64,000 nucleotides of DNA from Bacteroidia bacterium (lineage in GTDB: Bacteria > Bacteroidota > Bacteroidia > UBA4408), in contig JADLFI010000026.1 in assembly GCA_020845635.1 (NCBI GenBank), forward strand, positions 3,329 through 67,328, written 5' to 3'. Below the pieces are notes generated by a model. That model did no database searches, was not told where the DNA came from, and saw nothing but the letters and a program-made list of their open reading frames with translations. How positions within the stretch are numbered: position 1 is the stretch's first letter; every line of letters begins with the position of its first letter. The position numbers were made by a program, and so were the translations under genes. Shown piece by piece: positions 1 through 9,793 of the stretch.

Positions 1-617
1 ATTGGAACCAAATTATTGGGCACTCCCATTGGATATTCGCCAATAAGGGCTGTGTCGTGTGCTCCAATTGGATTAAAATACCGCAACGAAATTACATTTA
101 TGGGCATAGCATGGGTTACATCAGTTAGTATTTGTTCGGCCATTTGCTTTGTATGACCATAGGGCGATTCGGGCTTTTTTAATGGTGCAGTTTCCGAAAC
201 AGGCAGCATATCGGGCTGTCCGTAAACTGTGCAGGAAGAAGAGAAAACCAAATATGGAATTTGATATTTACTCATTCCTTCTACCAAATTAAGCAATGAA
301 AGCATGTTGTTATTATAATACAACAAAGGATTTTCAACTGACTCGCCTACTGCTTTGAGTGCCGCAAAATGAATAACCGCTTCAATATTTTTTTCTTTCT
401 CGAAAAAATTGAATAGCGATGCTTTATCACATAAATCAATATTATAAAAAGATGGTTTTTTACCGCTAATTTTTTCTATTTGTTGAATTACCTGTTGGTA
501 TGAATTTCTAAGACTATCAATAATAACTACCTCAAATCCCTTATTTTGCAACTCTATAATGGTATGCGAACCAATATATCCTGTGCCTCCGGTAACAAGT
601 ATTTTTTGTATGGACAT
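1..617 (-). CDS. galE: UDP-glucose 4-epimerase (partial; C-terminus lies beyond the window start)
   Basis: Manual translation of the minus strand from the ATG at 617 gives MSIQKILVTGGTGYIGSHTIIELQNKGFEVVIIDSL...YGHTKQMAEQIL. This shows the N-terminal GxxGxxG Rossmann motif and the YxxxK region typical of GalE/SDR epimerases. The frame stays open to position 1. Confidence 0.8.
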   Translation of the reverse strand, partial: MSIQKILVTGGTGYIGSHTIIELQNKGFEVVIIDSLRNSYQQVIQQIEKISGKKPSFYNIDLCDKASLFNFFEKEKNIEAVIHFAALKAVGESVENPLLYYNNNMLSLLNLVEGMSKYQIPYLVFSSSCTVYGQPDMLPVSETAPLKKPESPYGHTKQMAEQILTDVTHAMPINVISLRYFNPIGAHDTALIGEYPMGVPNNLVP

Positions 618-900
618 AAAATGTTATAGTCTTTAATATTAAATGGCAAATATAAACAATACTTATTTATGTTGAATGTTTTTATGGGTGTGAGCTAAAA
701 ATGATTTTTTCTTTCACGCTGTTTACTCTATTTAGCCGTATGTATTTAATTAATTCAAACAGCATATCAAATTTCAATTGCTACTCGGGCTTTTATTCTT
801 TGCGTTTTTTTGTTTACGACTTAAGCATGCACTTTTTATATCTGTAAACAATTGTTTAAAGTTCGGTTTTATGAACTACTTAAATCAAAAAGAAAGGGTA

Positions 901-1374
901 TTATCTTTTTAGAAAAGTTTCTTTAGCTTTCAATCCAATAGCCAAATCGTATAATGAAGAATGTTCTAGCATTTTCTTTAAATTACTTCTAATTGCCTTA
1001 AACTGACTGTGCACAGGGCAGGGCTGATCTTCGCTACATTCTTTTAACCCAAGGCCACAGTTTTCATAAATGCCATTGCCGTCAATAAGGCTAACAATAT
1101 CGCTTAAAAAAATACTGTGTAACTGATTTTGATTAAAATAAAAACCTCCATGTGGACCTCTGTCGGAGTTAACTATACCGGCTTTAGTCAATATTTGTAA
1201 GGTTTTGGCGGTAAACTCAACCGGACTGTCAATAGCTTTGGCAATAACTACTTTGCTTACTTTATTATTTAATAAAGATTGTTCGGCAATAAAAATTGCG
1301 GCTCTAATTCCGTATTCGCAAGCTTTTGAAAACATAAACTTAAATAAGTGTGCAAAGATATTTTTTTTGATCAA
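901..1374 (-). CDS. Rrf2-family (IscR/NsrR-like) transcriptional regulator; true start probably at the internal Met (~1335)
   Basis: The N-terminus MFSKACEYGIRAAIFIAEQS matches the winged-helix HTH of Rrf2 proteins, and there is a conserved GPHGGF motif. The C-terminal Cys cluster (CGLGLKECSEDQPCPVH) is consistent with an Fe-S sensing Rrf2 member. It sits upstream of galE on the same strand. Confidence 0.7.
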   Translation of the reverse strand: MIKKNIFAHLFKFMFSKACEYGIRAAIFIAEQSLLNNKVSKVVIAKAIDSPVEFTAKTLQILTKAGIVNSDRGPHGGFYFNQNQLHSIFLSDIVSLIDGNGIYENCGLGLKECSEDQPCPVHSQFKAIRSNLKKMLEHSSLYDLAIGLKAKETFLKR

Positions 1375-1429
1375 ATTGCTTTTGCCTTTAACAATATAAT
1401 TTACACTTTCAGCAGAATACTATAGATAA

Positions 1430-3436
1430 TTAATTTTTTAAAAGCTTGGTACTTTTTACCGTATTGTTATGGGCATCAGTAACCTTAATATTGTACAAAC
1501 CGTTTGCCCAATTACTAATATCAAAGCTTTTAGACTTGTTTATGCTATTGTTTAATACAATCTTCCCATTCATATCACTAATTTCAACCGAATAAGACTC
1601 AGGAAGATTAGCAGATATATTCAAAATATCAGAACTTGGGTTAGGCCCAATAAATATAGATAACTCTGTTGAATTGTGGCCTGTTACATTTAAAGTAACA
1701 TCTTTTACTATAGTTCCTATTTTGTTTAATATCCAGTTGTTGGGATCAACAGAAATACCGGTAATGTTACCTTGTATAGGTAACATATAATTTTCTATTG
1801 CCTGTCCATGATACAATCTGATAATGGTATCGGGTAGGCCGGTTCGGATAATTTTATAATCAACATGAGTCATAAATACAGGCACCGAATTGGGCATAGA
1901 AGTTGTTTGCGATGATTTAAGAAAGAAAACATTGTTTACCTGATTCCATACTAAGGAGAATGTTGGATATCCTTCGCCATAGTACCATTGATTAAAAAAT
2001 TGATCAAAATTAATTCCCGAATAATTGGCCATAAAATCTTTAAACTGAACTACACTTGCCGTACTATAAGCATAGGCGTTCTGGAAAGCTCTGATAGCAG
2101 GAAAAAACACAGAGTCATTGTCAATTTCGTATCTTAATGAGTGTAATATGGCACTACCTTTATCATAAGTTAACCTTGAGTTGAATATAACATTGGCGTT
2201 GGCAGAGTCAGCATCAGAAATATAAGAGCTGCCACCGGGCTGCGACATAACACTATTGTGAACATCTTGCATTTTTTGCGAAGCTGTAGTGCCGGATATG
2301 GAGCCTAAGTACTGATGACACAAATATTCGGTATAACTTGCCCATCCTTCATTTATAAAAATATCTTTCCAAGACGAACAAGTTACGTGATCGCCCCACC
2401 ACTGGTGTCCTAATTCGTGCGCATCAATCTCAAAATCAAAAAAGCCTAAGGTGGTCATGGTTTGGTGTTCCATACCTCCGCCTAACGGTGCCATACAATG
2501 CCCGTATTTCTCATTCTTGAAAGGATACATTCCGAATAAATTACATTGCAGTTCAAAAGTTGGTACTATTTTGTTTAAAGTAACTTTTTGGCTATTTACC
2601 CAGTTATTATTATTTATGGCATTATCATAAATATAATTCAAAATCATGATTGAATCGTTTGGAAGCCAGGTAGGTTTTGCGTATAAAATATATGGTTTGT
2701 ATTTGGCAGTTGATACCGATATTAGGTAATAATCAATAGGATAGTTGCTTTTCCATTCATACCTCTTTTTATTTCCGATGGTAACTACATTGGTAAGTAA
2801 TCCGTTTGAACCTACCATATTGGTTGAGTCGGTGGTAGCAAATACCCATACAGAATCTATTTTATCTCTTAAACTTTGTTTGCACGGAAACCAATGATAA
2901 GCACAATCGGCTTCGCTTAGTGACCAAGTTACTTCATTACCCCATGATGGCGATTGGTCATGATTATAGCCATCGCCTATCGCAGCTCCGCCTCCGGTAG
3001 GGCAGGTGCCATGATAATATACTATGGCTTCAAACAATTGATTTTGTGCTAAGGTAGCTCCTGTTGAGGCTAACACCAAACTATCATAACGGTTAAAATT
3101 TTGTTTTGTTCCATTTATATAAACCGAATCAACTGTATGGTTTTGATGTAATACAAATGCAAAAGTATCCAGTGCCTGAGAGGTTACTGTGGCTATGCTT
3201 TTTACATTGCCACTAACAAATTTGGTATTGCGCTCAACATTTATATTAAGATGGTAAAATTTTAAATCGTAATTGTTTTCCTGAAAAGCTACCGAGCTGC
3301 TCTGTGCTGACCTTTGATTCAGAGAACGACTTTTATTGAAGCGTTTTATTTTTGCATCAGAACAAAAATGATTTTGGGCTAAAGTAAGTTGTGAACCTAG
3401 GAAAAATGCTACAATCCACAGATGTTTTATTTTCAT
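1430..3436 (-). CDS. M1-family zinc aminopeptidase, secreted through the type IX secretion system (T9SS C-terminal sorting domain)
   Basis: It carries an N-terminal signal peptide (MKIKHLWIVAFFLGSQLTLAQ). The HELGHQWWG zinc-binding motif with a downstream E is the gluzincin signature. GGGMEHQT resembles the M1 GAMEN motif. The last ~80 aa (…YSVEISDMNGKIVLNNSINKSKSFDISNWANGLYNIKVTD…) have the pattern of a Por/T9SS C-terminal domain. Confidence 0.75.
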   Translation of the reverse strand: MKIKHLWIVAFFLGSQLTLAQNHFCSDAKIKRFNKSRSLNQRSAQSSSVAFQENNYDLKFYHLNINVERNTKFVSGNVKSIATVTSQALDTFAFVLHQNHTVDSVYINGTKQNFNRYDSLVLASTGATLAQNQLFEAIVYYHGTCPTGGGAAIGDGYNHDQSPSWGNEVTWSLSEADCAYHWFPCKQSLRDKIDSVWVFATTDSTNMVGSNGLLTNVVTIGNKKRYEWKSNYPIDYYLISVSTAKYKPYILYAKPTWLPNDSIMILNYIYDNAINNNNWVNSQKVTLNKIVPTFELQCNLFGMYPFKNEKYGHCMAPLGGGMEHQTMTTLGFFDFEIDAHELGHQWWGDHVTCSSWKDIFINEGWASYTEYLCHQYLGSISGTTASQKMQDVHNSVMSQPGGSSYISDADSANANVIFNSRLTYDKGSAILHSLRYEIDNDSVFFPAIRAFQNAYAYSTASVVQFKDFMANYSGINFDQFFNQWYYGEGYPTFSLVWNQVNNVFFLKSSQTTSMPNSVPVFMTHVDYKIIRTGLPDTIIRLYHGQAIENYMLPIQGNITGISVDPNNWILNKIGTIVKDVTLNVTGHNSTELSIFIGPNPSSDILNISANLPESYSVEISDMNGKIVLNNSINKSKSFDISNWANGLYNIKVTDAHNNTVKSTKLLKN

Positions 3437-3707
3437 ATTTGTTTAAGGTTTAAAGAATTAAAACTACTAAACATTTTTATCACAAAAGATATTGCAGTTA
3501 TTTTATTAACATTTTTTTATTAAAATGCTTTGATAATACTATAGCACCTTATTCTATCGGTTTTTATTGCCCTATCCCAATATTTTGTAATTTCTAAAGT
3601 TGGGTTTATGAAATTTTTAAATTATGTTAAGATGTATTAAAACCATTTTAGGTGTTTGTTAGCCGTAAAATTATTCTATATACTTGTATATCAAACTATA
3701 AAATTAT

Positions 3708-6700
3708 ATGAGAATTTTTGTACATTCCTTATTTGTAATGGTTCTATTGAGTACTTTCGTACAGGCTCAAAACGCTAGTATGTTATGGCAAAGAACCGAT
3801 AATAATTCAGTAAGTGATTTGCCTAAAGTGAGAAGAAACTCTTTTCCAACACAGGCATATTATTATAAGCTTAATTTACACCAGCTACAACAACAATTAA
3901 TTAATGCTCCTGTTCGTGGGCAATTTAATGGCTTGTCAAATGTAATTATTGAATTCCCTAATGCTAATGGAGGTTTTGAGCAGTTTCGTGTAATGGAATC
4001 ACCTATTATGCACCCTGATTTAGCTGCCAAATACCCTATGATAAAAACCTATTGCGCACAAGGGATTGATGATCCAACCGCCACTATGCGTTTTAGCATT
4101 ACTCAGTTTGGCTTACATACCATGACTATATCGGGAAAAACAAGTACATATTATACCGATCCTTACACAACCGACTTACAATACTACATTGTTTATAATA
4201 AAAAGTCATTGCATGGAACCCAACAGTCTTTTGAATGTTTAACTGAAGATAATATTGATTTACTCTCACTCAGAAGCGGTCCATCTGCAGGACAAGTACA
4301 CAATACTGATGATCAAAAATTGCGTAAATTCAGATTAGCACAATCATGTACAGCCGAATACGGAAATATTTTTGCCGGAAGTAGCAACCAAGTAGCCAAT
4401 ATTCAGGCACAAATGGCAATCACTATAAACCGTGTAAACGGTGTTTATGAACGCGACTTGGCTATTACCTTAGAATTTGTTCCTAATAATGACTTATTGA
4501 TTTATTACGGAAATACCAATAGCGACCCTTGGAATAACGAGTGGAACACTAAAACAGCCCAAACTATTGATGCAGCTATTGGCGTTAATAATTATGATAT
4601 TGGTCACAATTTTAATACCAGTGGTGGAGGTAACGCAGGTTGTATATCATGCGTATGTACAAGCACCAGCCAAAACAATCAACACAAAGGACGCGGTTAT
4701 ACAGGTAGCAGCAATCCTACTGGCGATCCATTTGATATTGATTATGTAGCTCATGAAATGGGACATCAGTTTGGAGGTTATCATATAATGAATACATGTT
4801 CGAGAAGCGGAAGCGGTCAAACCGAAGTAGAGCCGGCCAGCGGAAGTTCAATTATGGGTTATGCAGGTATTTGTAGTAGCAATGTTCAGGCACATAGCGA
4901 TGATGACTTTAATTATGTAAATATCCGTGATCTTTCAGACAATATTCAAGCAGGAAACAGTACTTGTGCAACTTTTACCGTATTAACCAACCAACCTCCA
5001 ACAGCTAATGCAGGACCTGATTACACTATACCAAAAAGCACAGCTTATGTATTAGAAGGTATAGGCAATGACCCCGATGGCAATGCTTCATTAACTTACA
5101 GTTGGAGTCAAAACGATCCTCAACAATCTCCCGGCAATGGTGCGCCACAGGCCACCTATAGTGTTGGTCCGCTTTATCGTGCTTTGTCGCCAAGCACTTC
5201 ACCTAACCGATATATGCCTAATATGCTTACTCTATTAGGAAACAATCTGTCAAACACTTGGGAAGTTACACCATCAGTAGCCCGTACTATGAACTTCTCA
5301 TTTGTGGTCAGAGATAATGATGTAAACGGAGGACAAACGGCATCAGACTTAATGAAAATAACCGTTACCGGGAATGCCGGCCCTTTTGTTGTAACTTCCC
5401 AAAATACCCCTGTTTCGTGGAATGCCGGAACCTCACAAACCATTACCTGGGATGTTGCCGGAACAACTGCAAATCCTGTTAACTGTTCCAATGTGAATAT
5501 ATATCTTTCAACCGATAGTGGTTATACTTATCCTGTTATATTAGCTTCAAATGTGCCCAATAATGGTTCTGCAACTATAACCGTGCCAAGTGTTTCCACC
5601 TCTTTCGGCCGAGTTATGGTTAGAGGTGCAGGCAATGTATTTTTTGATTTAAATGATGCCTTTATCAATATTCAGTCTTCTGAATTTACTTTAAACATGA
5701 GTAATAACAACCAATCTGTGTGCCCTCCCGATAATATTATATACAACTTTACCTATAATACCTATTTAGGATTTAATGAGCCTACCACCTTTTCAGCTAG
5801 TGGAAATCCGGCTGGTTCAACTGTTACTTTTAATCCCGCAACAGTGGTAAATAATGGCACACCGGTACAAATGACTATTTCGGGGCTAACACCTGCCATG
5901 TTTGGCACCTATAATATCACTATTACCGGTACATCAGCCACGGTTACACAAAACATTAGCGCTACTTTAACTGTATTAAACCCTAACCCTGCACCTGCAA
6001 CATTATTAATGCCTGTTAACGGTTCTATTGAAAACACCAATACCGTGCTTACATGGTCGTACTTGGTGAATAGCGGTATTATGTTTGATTTGGAAGTAGC
6101 TACCGATGCCTCGTTTTTAAATATTGTATTAACGGCCAATGCCCTAACAAGCACTAATTACGCCATAAACGGATTATTGTCAAGCACATCATACTATTGG
6201 AGGGTAAAGGCCTACAGTTCATGTGGGGCTTCTTCTTTTAGCCCGGCCAACTATTTTGTTACCAATAGTTGTAGTTCTGACATGAGTATTGATGTGCCAA
6301 AAGGTATTCCAAATAATCAGGTAACCACTATCAGTTCTACATTAGCCTCTTTAAATTCGGGCGTAATTACCGATGTAAATGTTGTCAATTTAATTGGAAC
6401 TCATACTTATATCTGGGATTTGACTATGAAAGTAAAAAGCCCTCAGGGAACAGAAGTTTCTTTGATTACGCAAATATGTGGAAATGAAAATAATTTTAAT
6501 ATTAATTTTGACGATAGCGCTTCAAACGATTATAACACAATTCCATGTCCGCCAACCGATGGCAATACCTATAAACCGCAATCACCTTTAAGTGTCTTTA
6601 ATGGCGAAGATGCAAATGGTACATGGACATTATCCGTAACTGATAATTATAATTCAGATGGGGGAAGCCTTACCTCATGGGGGTTAGAAATTTGCACCTC

Positions 6701-6980
6701 TACTGCTGTTGGTATTCAAAAATCATATATTAGTCCTGATGTTTCAGTTTATCCGAACCCTGCTAACGATGTTTTTAATGTGAATATTACCAATATTAAT
6801 CATAAGATTAGCCTAAATGTTTATAATAATTTAGGACAAATTATTAAGGACGTGTTTATTGAAAAACCAGGCCTTTATCAAGTTGACTTATCAAATCAAA
6901 GCTCAGGTATTTATTATATAAACATTATAGGAGGAGGACATAACTACTCGCAAAAACTGATACTTATCAATAATAAATAG
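3708..6980 (+). CDS. Secreted multidomain metzincin (reprolysin/M12B-like) zinc metalloprotease with an FN3-like domain, a proprotein-convertase P-domain and a T9SS C-terminal domain
   Basis: It has a signal peptide (MRIFVHSLFVMVLLSTFVQAQ). HEMGHQFGGYH is the HExxHxxGxxH metzincin signature. YYWRVKAYSSCGASSFS marks an FN3-like segment. The segment …GTHTYIWDLTMKVKSPQGTEVSLITQ…GEDANGTWTLSVTDNYNSDGGSLTSWGLEIC is a typical P-domain. The C-terminus …VSVYPNPANDVFNVNIT…GIYYINII… is a T9SS CTD. Confidence 0.72.
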   Translation: MRIFVHSLFVMVLLSTFVQAQNASMLWQRTDNNSVSDLPKVRRNSFPTQAYYYKLNLHQLQQQLINAPVRGQFNGLSNVIIEFPNANGGFEQFRVMESPIMHPDLAAKYPMIKTYCAQGIDDPTATMRFSITQFGLHTMTISGKTSTYYTDPYTTDLQYYIVYNKKSLHGTQQSFECLTEDNIDLLSLRSGPSAGQVHNTDDQKLRKFRLAQSCTAEYGNIFAGSSNQVANIQAQMAITINRVNGVYERDLAITLEFVPNNDLLIYYGNTNSDPWNNEWNTKTAQTIDAAIGVNNYDIGHNFNTSGGGNAGCISCVCTSTSQNNQHKGRGYTGSSNPTGDPFDIDYVAHEMGHQFGGYHIMNTCSRSGSGQTEVEPASGSSIMGYAGICSSNVQAHSDDDFNYVNIRDLSDNIQAGNSTCATFTVLTNQPPTANAGPDYTIPKSTAYVLEGIGNDPDGNASLTYSWSQNDPQQSPGNGAPQATYSVGPLYRALSPSTSPNRYMPNMLTLLGNNLSNTWEVTPSVARTMNFSFVVRDNDVNGGQTASDLMKITVTGNAGPFVVTSQNTPVSWNAGTSQTITWDVAGTTANPVNCSNVNIYLSTDSGYTYPVILASNVPNNGSATITVPSVSTSFGRVMVRGAGNVFFDLNDAFINIQSSEFTLNMSNNNQSVCPPDNIIYNFTYNTYLGFNEPTTFSASGNPAGSTVTFNPATVVNNGTPVQMTISGLTPAMFGTYNITITGTSATVTQNISATLTVLNPNPAPATLLMPVNGSIENTNTVLTWSYLVNSGIMFDLEVATDASFLNIVLTANALTSTNYAINGLLSSTSYYWRVKAYSSCGASSFSPANYFVTNSCSSDMSIDVPKGIPNNQVTTISSTLASLNSGVITDVNVVNLIGTHTYIWDLTMKVKSPQGTEVSLITQICGNENNFNINFDDSASNDYNTIPCPPTDGNTYKPQSPLSVFNGEDANGTWTLSVTDNYNSDGGSLTSWGLEICTSTAVGIQKSYISPDVSVYPNPANDVFNVNITNINHKISLNVYNNLGQIIKDVFIEKPGLYQVDLSNQSSGIYYINIIGGGHNYSQKLILINNK

Positions 6981-7026
6981 TTTCTTGAATATTTTATAAA
7001 GTAATTTATTATTCAGTTATAAATAA

Positions 7027-7072
7027 ATCCCGACCACCGCATTATTTTTATACAGGTTGGGATTTTTTTATG
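7027..7072 (+). terminator. Rho-independent terminator after the metzincin gene
   Basis: Stem atcccgacc / ggttgggat (9 bp, one G·U pair) followed by tttttttt. It lies 50 bp after the stop at 6980. Confidence 0.5.
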
Positions 7073-7459
7073 GCAATTGTCAATCAATGGTCATAACGAA
7101 AGGAATAAAATATTAATCTTACACTCCTTTTAAACTTCATAACTATTTTAGTGGAAGTTGGCAATAAGGTAGGAGAGAAGCACCAGGTATTCAACTGGTT
7201 GAATGTTAAGTTTAAATAGGTGTATTCACGCAATCGTACAAGAATTTGCCTATTATTTTAGACTTCCTATAAGCTGTATAAAGTTATTTGCGACCTTAAA
7301 TTTTTAACTTACCGCAAACATACTTTGACTAAAAAGCTTTTTAAAGTTGTTTAAAATTAATAGGACGAATCAGACTGACAATATTACTCATTGTCTGAAT
7401 GATCATCCTTCGGACAACAACACTACTGAAAAGTAAATTTCTTCCATCTATTTGCAAAC

Positions 7460-9793
7460 CTAAACTCGGATGCCTACAACCGTTACATCATCTACTTGTT
7501 CAAGGTTTCCTTTCCAGTTTTCAAAAACATCATTTAATTTTTGATTTTGAGCTGACATTGGTTCATGAGCTATTGACAACAATAATTCTTGTAATTGATT
7601 ATACTTAAATTTTTTTCCACGCTCTCCGCCAAATTGGTCAGCAAAACCATCGGTAAGTGCATAAACAACATCTCCTTTTTGTAAGTCAAATGTATGAAGC
7701 GTAAACGGTTCCTTATCTCTGTCATGTTTACCAACCGGGAACCGGTCGCCTTTTATTTCAATTAATTTATTCTCTCTAATAATCCAAACGGGATTATTAG
7801 CCGATGAGCAACTTAAATTATTATTTTTTAAATCAAAACTTAATAAACTTCCATCCATGCCGTCTTTACCTCCTTCGGCACTTCCATCTTTTTTAAGTGT
7901 TTCTATAATTTTAGTTCGTGTATGGTTTAATATTTCATTTGGCAGAGATAACTTTTCTACCTCTACTGATTTTTCGAGGTATGCAATATTCAAGATGCTC
8001 ATAATGGCGCCCGGGACACCGTGTCCCGTACTATCAGCAATACATAATAAAAAATTACTTTGGGTTGCTGAGCCTGTTGAAGCAGCCCAGTAAAAATCTC
8101 CACTTACAACATCTTTTGGTTTGAACATTATAAAATAATCGCTTAAATTTTCATCTAACAATTTCTTACTAGCGAGTAAAGCTCTCTGAATCCGTTCTGC
8201 GTAATTGATAGAATCGGTAATTTCCTTATGTTTTTTTTCAATCAAATGCTTTTGTTCTTTTATTTCTAAAGTTGCCTCATTCACTTTAACTTTTAATTCA
8301 ACTGCTCGCGCTCGTAATCTTCTTCCATTCCACCATACAATTAAAAAAATCATAGAAATTGCAAACAAGGTATATAATGAATAAGCCCACCACGTTTTCC
8401 ACCAAGGTGGGCGAATGGTAAATTTATATTCATAAGGCGCACTCCAAAAACCCTCGCTATTCATGGCTTTTACTTTAAAGGTATAAGAGCCGTGAGGCAA
8501 ATTGCCATAGGATGCAAATGATTTGTTGGTAATAACACTCCAGTTTTCGTCAATACCTTCTAACATGTATTGGTACTTTACATTTTTTGGTTGGTTCATG
8601 GTTATACCAATAAAGTTGAAGGTGAGGTAGTTATTATTATACGCCAAACTTAAATTCTCAGGTAAAGAATACCATTTAGTTAGGCCATCAAAATTAAAAT
8701 CACTAACGCTTACGCCATTGCCTAGAGTAAGTGTACTATCTTTTTTGTTTTCTAAATTATTCCAAGCAATATTTTCGTTAAACAACTCAATAGTAGTTAA
8801 TTGTATATTGGGAGCAATGGAGTCGGGTAGCATATTCTCAGGGTGCATTGCTGTGAGTCTATCTTTTGCTCCTATCCATATAGTACCATCTTTAGCTTGT
8901 AACATGGTTTTACCGGCATTTACACCTATACCTAAAAAACCTTCTGCGTAGGTGTAATTTTTAAAAATAATATCTTGTTTGGTTAAGGTATTTGACTTGA
9001 TTTTGTCATTAATTTCAATTGATTTTGATGGTGTTAACTTACTAATCCCAAAGCGGGTGCCGAACCAAAGGTTTCCGCTTTGGTCTTCTAACAGCGAGAA
9101 AACAGTAATGTTGGCAAGCCCTTCTTTATCGCTAAAAGTAGTAAAGGATTTCCCATCATACTTACTTACTCCGCCAAATGTGCCGAACCAAAGGTTTCCG
9201 CTTTGGTCTTCTAATATACTCAAAACAGCATTGTTTGCAAGGCCTTCTTTATCGCTAAAAGTAGTAAAGGATTTCCCATCATACTTACTTACTCCGCCAT
9301 CTGTGCCGAACCAAAGGTTTCCGGATTTGTCTTGCAGCATACATCTTATAGTGCCTTGTTTTAAACCTTGTAGTTTACCATAAGTGCTAAAGTTTTGGGG
9401 GTTTTGGTCTTTGTTAGCCATATCTTTAGCTATAACAGTTTCGGGTATGCCGGCAACAAAAGGACTATCGATGGCAGGTACTGTTTTTGGGAGCAGAAAA
9501 GTATCTTGCCCGGGGGTGCAAATGCGTGGTGTGCCTGCTAATACAATTTTTGGGATGCCTACAGGATGCACATTTAAATTAGTAGGTACAATTTTGGGCT
9601 TGCCAACGGGAATCTTTTCGAGCTTGCTTTCATCAACAAAAACAACTTTTGGTTCAGCCATGCTGTCTTTGGGTACTACATAGCCTTTGGTTACTACCAC
9701 CTTAGGAGTAATAATTTGCTGTTGTTTGTTTTCTTGCTTGTTGTTGCAAGAAAATAATAGTAAGAGAAAAACTATTGAAAAGTAATATTTCAC
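7460..9793 (-). CDS. Membrane-anchored sensor serine phosphatase: periplasmic two-component-regulator propeller (Reg_prop) repeats + Y_Y_Y domain + TM helix + coiled coil + SpoIIE/PP2C phosphatase domain
   Basis: It has a lipoprotein-type signal (MKYYFSIVFLLLLFSC). The GNLWFGTxxGVSKYDGKSFTTF motif repeats, as in Reg_prop blades. YTFKVKAMNSEGFWSAP is Y_Y_Y-like. WWAYSLYTLFAISMIFLIVWW is a TM segment. The C-terminal GDFYW…ADSTGHGVPGA…DGMDG…TDGFADQFGG matches PP2C/SpoIIE metal-binding motifs. Confidence 0.75.
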   Translation of the reverse strand: MKYYFSIVFLLLLFSCNNKQENKQQQIITPKVVVTKGYVVPKDSMAEPKVVFVDESKLEKIPVGKPKIVPTNLNVHPVGIPKIVLAGTPRICTPGQDTFLLPKTVPAIDSPFVAGIPETVIAKDMANKDQNPQNFSTYGKLQGLKQGTIRCMLQDKSGNLWFGTDGGVSKYDGKSFTTFSDKEGLANNAVLSILEDQSGNLWFGTFGGVSKYDGKSFTTFSDKEGLANITVFSLLEDQSGNLWFGTRFGISKLTPSKSIEINDKIKSNTLTKQDIIFKNYTYAEGFLGIGVNAGKTMLQAKDGTIWIGAKDRLTAMHPENMLPDSIAPNIQLTTIELFNENIAWNNLENKKDSTLTLGNGVSVSDFNFDGLTKWYSLPENLSLAYNNNYLTFNFIGITMNQPKNVKYQYMLEGIDENWSVITNKSFASYGNLPHGSYTFKVKAMNSEGFWSAPYEYKFTIRPPWWKTWWAYSLYTLFAISMIFLIVWWNGRRLRARAVELKVKVNEATLEIKEQKHLIEKKHKEITDSINYAERIQRALLASKKLLDENLSDYFIMFKPKDVVSGDFYWAASTGSATQSNFLLCIADSTGHGVPGAIMSILNIAYLEKSVEVEKLSLPNEILNHTRTKIIETLKKDGSAEGGKDGMDGSLLSFDLKNNNLSCSSANNPVWIIRENKLIEIKGDRFPVGKHDRDKEPFTLHTFDLQKGDVVYALTDGFADQFGGERGKKFKYNQLQELLLSIAHEPMSAQNQKLNDVFENWKGNLEQVDDVTVVGIRV
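9057..9340. repeat. Tandem direct repeat with a 123-bp unit (~2.3 copies, near-identical) inside the propeller-repeat coding region
   Basis: The unit gtgccgaaccaaaggtttccgctttggtcttctaa…gctaaaagtagtaaaggatttcccatcatacttacttactccgcca starts at 9057, 9180 and 9303. Copies 1 and 2 differ at only a handful of positions. The repeat encodes 41-aa propeller blades (EDQSGNLWFGT.GGVSKYDGKSFTTFSDKEGLAN..V.S.L). Confidence 0.9.

Noticed and set aside
1205-1399. 64-aa plus-strand ORF
   Set aside because: Entirely antisense to the Rrf2 regulator gene. Low-complexity hydrophobic translation typical of AT-rich antisense frames.
8979-9383. 134-aa plus-strand ORF with internally repeated peptide (…NVPNQRFPLWSSN…SLSLKVVKDFPSYLLTPP…)
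   Set aside because: It lies antisense to the propeller-repeat region of the sensor phosphatase gene. Its internal repetition simply mirrors the 123-bp DNA repeats. It has no independent coding evidence.
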